49,821 nucleotides of DNA, taken from the NCBI GenBank assembly GCA_044225505.1, contig JBGAIN010000042.1:1-49821 (forward strand). The letters are read 5' to 3'. Positions 27,697-36,419 of the stretch are shown here, piece by piece (within the stretch, counting starts at the first letter, position 1; every line of letters begins with the position of its first letter). Source of the DNA: Limisphaerales bacterium (GTDB lineage Bacteria; Verrucomicrobiota; Verrucomicrobiia; Limisphaerales; SIBE01). The position numbers and the translations under genes were made by a program. The notes under the pieces were generated by a model. It worked only from the letters and a program-made list of their open reading frames with translations, was not told where the DNA came from and ran no database searches.

Positions 27697-29154
27697 CTAA
27701 ACTTTCGTCGGGACCACAAAAGGCTCTCGGTAATTCCGCGTGAGCAACGCATTGGCCTTTGGCTGATCCAGGAACTTCTCGGTTTGCGGATCCATTCGCA
27801 GCACCGGGCCGATCGTGGCTTTGGTTTCATTCAGGTCCACGCCATTGGCTGCGAGATGTTCGACCATGCGCTCAAATGTCGGTGTGGCATCGCGGGAACC
27901 TTTAATCTTCTCGCGAACTTCATTCGAGGATTCCTGCTGGCCTAACCGGTAGGAGATGTTTCCGGTGTGACAAAGCGCGCTGGAGAGGTGGCCTTGGAGA
28001 ATGTCAGCTTTCAAATCGGACGATTTCCGAGACCGGACGCCTTTCAGGAAGTTGGCGTAATGATCTTGAGCGCCTTCGAATTGACGAACCTGCTGCTCGT
28101 CTTTGTCGTAAGCGATGGCCTTGCTATAGTTGGGGACAACGACGGTTCCGCCTTCACAGTGAATGATCACCGCGACACTTCCGCCGCGCAGTTTGTCCAT
28201 GGCATCGGAGCCGGTGCGTTCCGGCAGCCCGCGCACTTCGAAAATGAGGGGAGCACCTGGATAATCGTGAAACACGATTTGCGTGTTCGGAGTCTCCCCA
28301 TCGTCGACATAGCCAAAGCGGCCACCGACACTACACACCTGCGGCGACAACGCCTGCGCCCCCAGGAACCACCGCGCAATATCCATCTGATGAATTCCCT
28401 GGTTTCCCAAATCGCCGTTGCCGGTCGCCCACACCCAGTGCCAATCGTAATGAAGACGACTTCGGGTCAGGGGCAGCTTGGGGGCTGGTCCACACCACAA
28501 ATCGTAATCGATGTTCGCCGGGATCGATTGCGGTCCATCCACCTTGCCGATACTCTTGCGGCGTTTGTAGCAAAGCCCGCGGGCAATAAGGATTTTTCCC
28601 AAGTGCCCTTCGCGAACCCATTCAACGGCTTCCTGGATGCCGCTGCTCGAGCGAGATTGGGTTCCAGCCTGGACGATGCGCTGATGCTTGCGCGCGGCTT
28701 CGACCGCTTGACGGCCTTCCCAGACATTATGCGAGATCGGTTTTTCAACGTAGACGTCTTTGCCAGCTTGGCAGGCCCAAACGGTTGCCAGGGAGTGCCA
28801 GTGATTCGGTGTGGCAATGGAAATCGCATCCACATTCTTATTTTCGAGCAACTGCCTCAAATCTGTGTAGGCTGCAACCTCTTCATTTTGCTCGTTCGAC
28901 GTCTTCAACGCCTTGGCGAGAATGTCCTTGTCTACGTCGCAGAGGGCGACGATCCGGACCTTCTCACCTTTCTTCCGCAATTCGCGATAGCCATGAATAT
29001 GATCCGAGCCTCTCCCGCCGAAACCAACGACTCCGATGCGGATGTCTTCATTGGCTCCAGCTACTTGGGCCCAATGCCGGGCCGGGAGGGCTAAAGCAGC
29101 CGTTGATGCGAGGATCGAGCGTTGCAGGAACGAGCGGCGATTCATCTGTTTCAT
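27697..29154 (-). CDS. Tat-exported Gfo/Idh/MocA family oxidoreductase
   Basis: NRRSFL twin-arginine signal; GVVGFGGRG, IATPNHWH, KDVYVEKP, GTQSRS, NQGIHQMD motifs. Confidence 0.93.
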   Translation of the reverse strand: MKQMNRRSFLQRSILASTAALALPARHWAQVAGANEDIRIGVVGFGGRGSDHIHGYRELRKKGEKVRIVALCDVDKDILAKALKTSNEQNEEVAAYTDLRQLLENKNVDAISIATPNHWHSLATVWACQAGKDVYVEKPISHNVWEGRQAVEAARKHQRIVQAGTQSRSSSGIQEAVEWVREGHLGKILIARGLCYKRRKSIGKVDGPQSIPANIDYDLWCGPAPKLPLTRSRLHYDWHWVWATGNGDLGNQGIHQMDIARWFLGAQALSPQVCSVGGRFGYVDDGETPNTQIVFHDYPGAPLIFEVRGLPERTGSDAMDKLRGGSVAVIIHCEGGTVVVPNYSKAIAYDKDEQQVRQFEGAQDHYANFLKGVRSRKSSDLKADILQGHLSSALCHTGNISYRLGQQESSNEVREKIKGSRDATPTFERMVEHLAANGVDLNETKATIGPVLRMDPQTEKFLDQPKANALLTRNYREPFVVPTKV

Positions 29155-29191
29155 AGGATTCGTGAACTTAGGCGCGATGCTCAGGACGGCA

Positions 29192-30241
29192 TCACTTTTG
29201 CGCTTTGGAATTGGAGGGAACAGTCTCTTTCAAGTAACGATCATATTGGCCGGCGACATCCGCTTGCTTTTCGTCACCGTCATGGAGGAAGAAACGATAG
29301 CGGAAGGTGATGCTTGCCCCGTTTGGAACGGTCAAGTTCCCGGTTCCCGCCGCACTCTTTTCAAAGTCGTGAACTCCAAACGGGTTGGCCGCAAATAGGC
29401 CGTAGTCTCGCACATGCCACCACGTCGGATGCCGCGGGTTGCTCGGGTGATCGAAAATGGCGACACCGACAATCTTACCTTCGACCGGGCCGTAATAATC
29501 GCACCATTTGGCGCGTTTCCCCCACGTGGCGTTATCCCGGACACCTTCGCTATTCACGATGTGGCCTGCACCCGGCTTGTTCTTCGGCAGGGTCAACCGC
29601 ATGGACTCTGCCAAACGAATCGCCATTGTCCCTTCTTTAGTGTCGCCGAAAGTGATAGCCCCCTCAGAAGCTCGCACCGTGATCTCGAAATCAAAGAGTC
29701 TTTGGTCCGAACGATTGTAGAAGCGAAATGTTCTCTCGTCGGTACAGACCGTCCTACCATCCTTCGCGACCAGTTTATTCAAACTCCGCACCATTCCGAC
29801 CTCAGGCCCCGACTGGATCAGCAGGAACTTCTCGTGGACGGTCTTGCCGGCTTTGTCGCTTTCAGACCAAAAGTCCTGGCCGTTGATGTCGCCGTGTGCA
29901 TACCAGATGGACCGGTGATGAGGATGATCGTGATCTTCGCCTGGGGTATCTCGCATCGGCCAGTTCCGCGTCATCGGCACCCCGGAGGGACCCAATACCG
30001 GGTAGAGAAACGGCTTAGGGACGTCCTGATAAAAGTATTCCGCGAACGGCTGACCGCCGATTTCAATCACGAGTTTCCCACCTTTATCTAAAATGTTGAC
30101 CCCGCCCTCTTTGACGTTGGACTGGGCGGAGACCCGCGCCGGTTTAACGTCCAGTTGCCGAGCGCCCTGAGCGACAAGCGGAATCGAGGCGGTGGCAACA
30201 AGAACTCCAATCAGCCAGCCGAGAGCTTCCTTCTGGGTCAT
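29192..30241 (-). CDS. Secreted DUF6807/'PmoA-family' beta-sandwich protein (not a methane monooxygenase)
   Basis: KPFLYP, DHPHHRSIW, FGDTKEG..AIR, DHPSN...WHVRDYGLFAANPFG motifs; signal peptide. Confidence 0.8.
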   Translation of the reverse strand: MTQKEALGWLIGVLVATASIPLVAQGARQLDVKPARVSAQSNVKEGGVNILDKGGKLVIEIGGQPFAEYFYQDVPKPFLYPVLGPSGVPMTRNWPMRDTPGEDHDHPHHRSIWYAHGDINGQDFWSESDKAGKTVHEKFLLIQSGPEVGMVRSLNKLVAKDGRTVCTDERTFRFYNRSDQRLFDFEITVRASEGAITFGDTKEGTMAIRLAESMRLTLPKNKPGAGHIVNSEGVRDNATWGKRAKWCDYYGPVEGKIVGVAIFDHPSNPRHPTWWHVRDYGLFAANPFGVHDFEKSAAGTGNLTVPNGASITFRYRFFLHDGDEKQADVAGQYDRYLKETVPSNSKAQK

Positions 30242-30452
30242 GCGTCACCAGTTGTATCGAGGCGAGATAGCCTCGGTCAAGGAAAAGACCGGCCCAGCTG
30301 AGTAGAAAGCGCAGGTTCGTCGAGAACGTGAAGTCGTCGGGCGCAATTCTCCCTCGTCGAGCTCTGGGGGATCGTATGTTCAAGAAGGATGCCGCTTCGT
30401 TTCCACGGTCACGATCCCGCGGCGCAGAGACGCTCCTGATCCGGACCAACCG

Positions 30453-30562
30453 CGGTGCAACGCCCCTGCATTCCCGGTGCAACGCCGCACATTGAACGGC
30501 TTTGCACCGGCCTTGGACCGACCTTGCACCGGCTTTGCACCGGCTTTGCACCGGCTTTGCCT
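30453..30562. repeat. 11-bp-period array: six CGGCTTTGCAC-like units (30497-30562) preceded by in-phase inverted-core units CGGTGCAACGC
   Basis: Units start at 30497, 30508, 30519, 30530, 30541 and 30552. CGGTGCAA at 30453 and 30475 is the reverse complement of TTGCACCG. Confidence 0.85.
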
Positions 30563-30669
30563 CGAACCAACCTGGGCGTGACTCGACGCATCTGCCTCGG
30601 GAACTTGGATTCGAGTCCCACGCTCGCCTTCCTTAGTCCAATCCGCAAGTGCCGATCGGATCGCTCCTA

Positions 30670-30720
30670 TAGCGTGCTGTCCCCTAATTCGGTTAGCTTT
30701 CGCGGCCAGGAGTTTTGCCT
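30670..30720. repeat. Partial copy (left end) of the MITE-like element at 6513
   Basis: 45/51 identity to 6514-6564; no matching right end seen. Confidence 0.8.
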
Positions 30721-30866
30721 GGCGACGGCGCATCGGAGGGAACTCTTTTGGAAACGGACTGGACATAATTGCCAACACGAGTACAGGTAACGAGTTCCCA
30801 GTCCGTTTGCGGGCGCTTTATGGGCGTGAACCGCACAGTGCGTCAACATCAGTAACTTCAATTATT

Positions 30867-32586
30867 ATGACTACCACAGCCTTCGGTCGGGGCTCCTTAT
30901 TCGTCTCGGCAGTGGCCGGTGAAACACCCGGTAACCGGTTCTCGTTCTTAGGATTAGGTTTGGCCGCGTTCCTAGTGATATCCAGTGGGACGCTCAGCGC
31001 GCAATTCGTCCCGGGCGGCATTGAACAGGTTAACTTGACACGTCTCGTGCCGGACACAGCAGTTTACAATACCGGGGACACCCCTAACTTCGACAACTGG
31101 GAGCCTTATTCCAGCGTTCTCGGCACCAACACGTTCCTTTTGATAATGAATACCTTCGCTGAAGGGGCGAGCGATAGCCAACGGTTTGCCCTGGTTTTCC
31201 AGCCGGCGAACGAGGTTCGAATGCTTTGGGCGATGCCTTGGACGAGATGCCGGAAACCGGTCAGCGGAGTGATTAATGCCTTCTGCCAGGATGGTAACCC
31301 CCGGTCGCGTGGCCGGAGATATCGCCCTGCGCCGGGCCAATTTCATGACGGGCGCTGAGGCTTCACCAATGCCACCCCGGGTTTAACACCGACGGTCGCT
31401 GGGATTTGGGCTTGGAACGGCAGCCGGACAGCCGGTTTGGCACCGTTCAGACGTTTTCGCTCGATGCTTCGTCTCTGACTCAAACGGCCAAGAGTCATGC
31501 TCTGGACGCAGTTAATGGACGACTGACGAATGGCGTGGCTGACAACCTTCAAAGCACGCGCTTTGGCGGCGACATGGCTGCTCTCGACAACGGGAATTTT
31601 GTGGTCGCGGTGGAAGATCGATCGAAGTTGCGTAATCCGGATGGCAATGCGGCGGTGGCGGTCGTATCCGCCGGACGGCTCGATCGTCAAAGAGAGTTTC
31701 GTGGTCGCCAATGGCGATCTATGGTCGAACGTCGCCGCCTTCAAGGGAGGGTTCGCCGTGCGCGTGGCGGGTATCATCTACTTTTGACAACACTGGAAAC
31801 CCGAAAGGCCAGGCGGATCAAGCGGATTCGGGGCTCGGGTTTGAAGGTGGGCGCGGTGACGATACTCGAATTGCCGGCCACATTAATTCGCCGTACGTGT
31901 ATTTGGCTGGAGCCACTGCGGACGGCGGTGAGAGTGCCATCTCATTAGCGGTTTGGGATTCTCGCGATCAGAAACTCGTGGTGGCCGGCAAGGTAAGCGA
32001 ATTTGAAGGGTCGTTTGCTCGGGCTGCCTTAGCCGTGGATGCGCTCGATCGCGTGACGGTGGCCTTCGATGCCAAACCTACCGATTTCGAATCCAGTCAA
32101 GTCGGGTTACGAGTTCTCGCTCTGGATGCGGCGGGGAAGAAACTGACGCCTTTGACGGATAGCTTTTTCCCCTTTATCAACCACGCAAAAACGGGGGGAG
32201 TTGAATCAGGAATTCCTACGGTGTCCATGACAACCCGGCAGATCTTAGTTGCGGCCAAAGGAACCATTAACCTGGCGAACAAACCGGACGCGGTTGCTGA
32301 TTCTTTTCCACGCACGACGGTGTATACATTGTTGGCACACCCTGCGCCTAAGGATGACCCGACGCCTGCGGTGGGCGACGGCGCAAACGCTCTTTCGTTG
32401 ACCGGGATTGCAGTCCGTGGGCAACAGGCGACGCTGACATGGATCGGTGGCGCAGCTCCATTCACGCTGCAAAAGCGTACCACGGTGACCGAGGCGTGGA
32501 CCGACGTAACGACCGGCATTGCCACTCGGCAAACAAGTGTGGTGGCCGATGCTCAGGCGAGCTTCTTCCGGATCGTTGGCAAGTAG
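30867..32586 (+). pseudogene. Secreted hypothetical protein with a C-terminal FFR-type domain, disrupted by multiple indels at ~31200-31790
   Basis: A coherent protein continues across ORFs 30807-31358, 31406-31948, 31530-31787 and 31711-32586; ends LTW.GG..PFTLQ...W.DV...ASFFRIVGK. Confidence 0.7.
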
Positions 32587-32674
32587 CCAGGGTTGCTCAG
32601 GTAGTTGCGGATGAGGCAGGTGACGAGTCCGTTGGGCTCTCTCATCAAGCGTTGGACGACAAAGCGCCGAGCCA

Positions 32675-32713
32675 AACCGGGCGGAGACCCCCTGCCTGGG
32701 GTTCCGCCCGGTT
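32675..32713. terminator. Strong hairpin between convergent genes, probably a bidirectional terminator
   Basis: AACCGGGCGGA-G-ACCCC / GGGGT-TCCGCCCGGTT, a 16-bp stem with one bulge. Confidence 0.65.
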
Positions 32714-32758
32714 CTCTGGTGTTCGGAGACGCCTGCCTTTGCACCGCTCGAATGCAGT

Positions 32759-34995
32759 CTATTGCTTGACGCGATAGAACGTCGCTGCGCTTGTCGGACG
32801 GACGATCGCTGGGGAGGTGGCGTCGGCAACATCGGTGAAAGCTCCATCGACCGAGGTGGCTGCCTGCAACGTGCCCGAAGACCAGGTGAGAACCACACCT
32901 GCCGGTGCCAGGGAAATACTCAGCTTCACTGCGCCGAAATGATCGAACACCTGATCCGCGGCGAGAGCCTTGTTGTAGAAGGCGACTTCATCGATGGCGC
33001 CGTCGTAAGGATTGTAGGCACTCTCATGCCAGCCAAAGTCGACGGTCCCATCGGAACGACTCGGATTATAAGCATCGTAGACCGTAGCGGCCTGGAGCTC
33101 CCCATTGATGTAGAGTGAGAACAGATTCTCCGCCGTTCGCGTGATCACGATGTGATACCATGTCCCCGAGGAGATGGTCACCTTGTTCGNNNNNNNNNNN
33201 NNNNNNNNNNNNNNNNNNNNNNATAGAGCCACTGAGCGGTCCAATTGTCGTTGAAGAGCACCAGCGCAAAAGTATGGTTGGGTTGCTGATACAACCTCCA
33301 GCCTGTCGGACCTGAACCTTCTGCAGCCAGCGGCGAGCGGTAGTCGTCCGAGAACCCTCCGAGGGAGGACGGCTTCAGCCAGGCTTCAACGGTGAACGGC
33401 CCGTGGGGGTTCAGTTCCAGCGCGTAAGGGACCGAAACATGTGCTCCGTTGGACACGGACAGACACACGTCCGACTCCTTGGGGACGCCGGTCGGTGCTT
33501 GAAACGTGAACGAAGCCGAGTCTTTGCCGGACTTAAAGGTTCCGTTAAAACTGCCGACGGCATCCACCGCCACGTCGCTGCCCGACGATTCGTTCAGGCG
33601 CCAGTAAGCAATAGGTCCGTCTTTCAGAACTTTGGCGGCGTATCCGGTCATAGGGACCGATACAGAACGCTCGATCACCGTGAGCGCAGCAGGCTCGCTT
33701 TCAATGGAGTTCCATGGGTTGGTTACGCGGACGGTAAACGTGGCTCCGTCGTCACTCTGGTTGACGGCGGCCAGCCAGAGCGTGGCGTTCGTGGCCCCGG
33801 CGATGGGAGCCCCGTTTTTCGACCACTGATACCCGGTGATCGGTAACGCTCCTCCCACATCCGGCCAGAGGGCAACCGCGCTTCCTACTTCGCGAGTGAC
33901 AGAGGCCGGACTGGCATTGAGGACTAGGTCGGTTTTGACACTCAGTGTGGCGGATTGGCTGGTTGCCGATCCGATCGTGTTCGTGATTTTTGCCAGATAA
34001 CTGGAACCGTTGTCCGAATCTGTTGGGGTCACGACAAGCGTGTCGTTCGTCGCGCCAGCGATGGGCGCTCCATTCTTGAACCACTGGAACGTGAAAGGAG
34101 CCGTTCCATCCACTCCGACCACAAACTTGGCAATGCGTCCGGCGTAGACGGTAGTATCGGTGGGGTTCCCCGTCACCGTGGGAGGGACGGTCACCACGCG
34201 AAAACTCGTCTGGCCCACCTTAAAATGCTGGGCGATCTGCTCGGGACTGAGAACCGTGCCATAGAAGGCGGCTTCATCCACATTGCCGTCAAATCCCCAG
34301 TCGCCCGCTTTTGATCCTCCAATCGTGAGGGGACGATCCGGATTGGGGGCATAGTCTGTCACCGTGCTGGACGCGACTAAAGTCGCGTTGACATAGAACT
34401 TGAGATTACTGCCGTCGAACGTCATCGCCAGATAGAACCACTCGTTCTTGACAATGCTAGTTGGCGCTTGCAGCCAAATTCCTCCGCCTTTCATCACCAA
34501 GACCCAAGGAGAGGAGTCGCCAGTCGTTCCAAGCTGATAAAAAAACCAGCCAGGTGCTCCTCCGTCCCAACCGCCGAAACTTCCAAACGGACAGCGAGAA
34601 TCTTCTCCAAAACTAAGGGCTCTCACCCAAACCTCAGCCGAAAAGTTTGCGGCTGGATTAAGTTCCGCCGCGTAGGGCACCTCTGCCGAAGAGCCACTTC
34701 CGTTTTTCGATTTGAAATAACCCGAATTGACCTCGATGCCAGGGAGTTCCAGGGTGGGATACAAACCGTCCTCCGTGTAGTTGTATGTGCCGGCGTAAGC
34801 CGCGGTCGCACTGCTATCTTCCAGGGTGCTCGCTCCGGCCGCTTCTTCCAATCGGTAGTAGGCTAACGGCTGATCCGCCAACACCGTGTCTTTGTAGCTG
34901 GCTCCGCAAACATCCTGGTGGATACCCAGTCCGCAAGCGGCCGCACTGAATAGGAGAGGGAATACTGTTCTGATAGGGAAGTTCCTCGTTTTCAT
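32759..34995 (-). CDS. Secreted LamG/concanavalin-like and immunoglobulin-domain protein, spanning the N gap at 33190-33222
   Basis: Two LamG units (PLAYYRL.E...DEAAFY and PIAYWRLNE...DEVAFY), two Ig units (F/YQW.KNGAPIAGATN), C-terminal LTWSSGTLQAA...TFYRVKQ. The frame offset arises only at the N run. Confidence 0.85.
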
Positions 34996-35220
34996 TTGTG
35001 TTATTACGTCCATGCGGCCCGCGCGTGTTTGTGCTTATCCCAAGACCCCCTGGCGCCACGGCCGCAAGAACCTTGATCTTACCTCGTTGCGGAATTCTGC
35101 CCAGCCGGTGAGCGCAAGTATTTTCCCAACTAACGGGAGCTATTAACTTGGGCGTCCGCGAGAGGCCGCGAGACCACACCCGAACGCTATGGAACAACGA
35201 AGGGGCAGATTAACCGTGTT

Positions 35221-35856
35221 TCACCAATTGCTGATGTGATAGGATTGTCCGTTCGCCCGCAGTTCCATCCAAAGGTCGAAGCGCCCCGGGTTATGCTCCG
35301 CTGGGGCAGTTGCGTAACGCCACGGCGTTAATACAAAGTCGTCGGCTAAATCGTCTGGTATCTCTGCCGGCACGACGGAAACGAGCAAAAGAACGCCATT
35401 CTCCTCCCGGAACGAAACAGGAGCCTGCTGCAGAAAGTTGGTCGGCCAAGTCGGAAACTGAGTCGTGTTCGAGAACGACGTCAGACCAAAAGACTTCTGC
35501 AATGTTTCCAGGCTCAGCGGTTGCTTCGTTGTGGGAAGACCGAACCAACGCTCGTCTGGATGCCAGCGTGTGCCAGCCAGCTCATAGTAAAGTGGATTCA
35601 GAGTCGCCCAATCGAGCTTTTGGGTGGCAGCGTTTGGTGGGTAAAAACCGAGCTGAGCGCGGTACGTTTCAATGGCCCGGACGAGTTGATCGCGATGGGC
35701 TTGTAGCATTGCCAGGTAATGCGGAAGCATGGCCTCGACGCGCTGGCGATGCCGCGCCGGAGCGGCGACGCGATAGCCGAGAAATACAACCAGAGCGAAG
35801 CCGAACGCCATGGCGATCACCAGCCCGGAGGCACGCGAAGAGAATGGGCGACTCAT
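35221..35856 (-). CDS. GspG/pseudopilin-like protein
   Basis: N-terminal TM helix, L..AIETYRAQLGFYPP, PWRY, NPGRFDLW, C-terminal ISNW. Confidence 0.6.
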   Translation of the reverse strand: MSRPFSSRASGLVIAMAFGFALVVFLGYRVAAPARHRQRVEAMLPHYLAMLQAHRDQLVRAIETYRAQLGFYPPNAATQKLDWATLNPLYYELAGTRWHPDERWFGLPTTKQPLSLETLQKSFGLTSFSNTTQFPTWPTNFLQQAPVSFREENGVLLLVSVVPAEIPDDLADDFVLTPWRYATAPAEHNPGRFDLWMELRANGQSYHISNW

Positions 35857-35976
35857 GATTGAATGAACTGGAACGTGCGGCAGAGGTGGTGTGCGCGTCA
35901 ATCGTTTCCGTTCGAGTCCAGGCGGTTGTTGGGGAGGCGCGAGGGGCAAGGTCGAATCGAGCACGATGCCACGATC

Positions 35977-36034
35977 TGTGAAACGTTCACACATATAGCT
36001 TGACGCGGAAGGCTCCATGTGTGAACGTCTCACA
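35977..36034. promoter_or_regulatory. Pair of inverted pseudo-palindromic operators (TGTGA-N5-TCACA) flanking a TTGACG -35 box upstream of the BlaI-like gene
   Basis: The reverse complement of 35977-35994 (TGTGAAACGTTCACACAT) matches 36017-36034 (ATGTGTGAACGTCTCACA) at 17/18; TTGACG at 36000-36005. Confidence 0.7.
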
Positions 36035-36041
36035 CATCCTC

Positions 36042-36419
36042 ATGGAACCTCTGAATCAAAACGAGCTGGAAGCCCTCCGCATCCTTTGGGAGTGCGGCGA
36101 ATCCAAACCGGCAGAAATCCAGAGCCGCTTTTCTTGGCCGATCGAAAACGGCACGCTTCGATCGGTGCTCGTGAATCTGGTCGAAAAGGAGCAGGTGATC
36201 CGTCGTTTACAGGGCAAAGCGTATTTCTATGCGGCGCGCGTTCCCAAAGAGACCTTGTTGCAAGGCATGATGCGCATGCTGGCCCGCGTGTTTGCCGGGG
36301 GCTCGCCGCAGCAGTTGGTCGCACAGTTGGTGGAGAGCGGCGATTTGAAGGCCTCCGATCTGCAAGCGTTGCGCGCGATTGCCGCTGGCACAACAAAACC
36401 TCGCAAGCCTAAAGTATGA
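36042..36419 (+). CDS. BlaI/MecI/CopY family transcriptional repressor
   Basis: LNQNELEALRILW...TLRSVL.NLVEK...GKAYFY...VFAGGS..LVAQLV; ATGA overlap with the next gene. Confidence 0.92.
   Translation: MEPLNQNELEALRILWECGESKPAEIQSRFSWPIENGTLRSVLVNLVEKEQVIRRLQGKAYFYAARVPKETLLQGMMRMLARVFAGGSPQQLVAQLVESGDLKASDLQALRAIAAGTTKPRKPKV

Noticed and set aside
27967..29094. Long antisense ORFs (e.g. 27967-29094, 23401-24201, 3024-3746, 39357-40043 and the minus-strand ORFs in 44-49 kb)
   Set aside because: They are shadows of well-supported genes on the opposite strand in GC-rich DNA, with no recognisable motifs
29192..30241. Methane monooxygenase, suggested by the 'PmoA family' label
   Set aside because: It is a soluble secreted protein without the multiple TM helices of true PmoA, and there is no pmoB or pmoC
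33178..33244. Frameshift or two separate genes in the LamG protein
   Set aside because: The frame change coincides with the N gap at 33190-33222, whose length is only an estimate
35977..36034. CRP/FNR-type binding sites
   Set aside because: The spacing is TGTGA-N5-TCACA rather than N6, and the position fits autoregulation by the adjacent BlaI-like repressor
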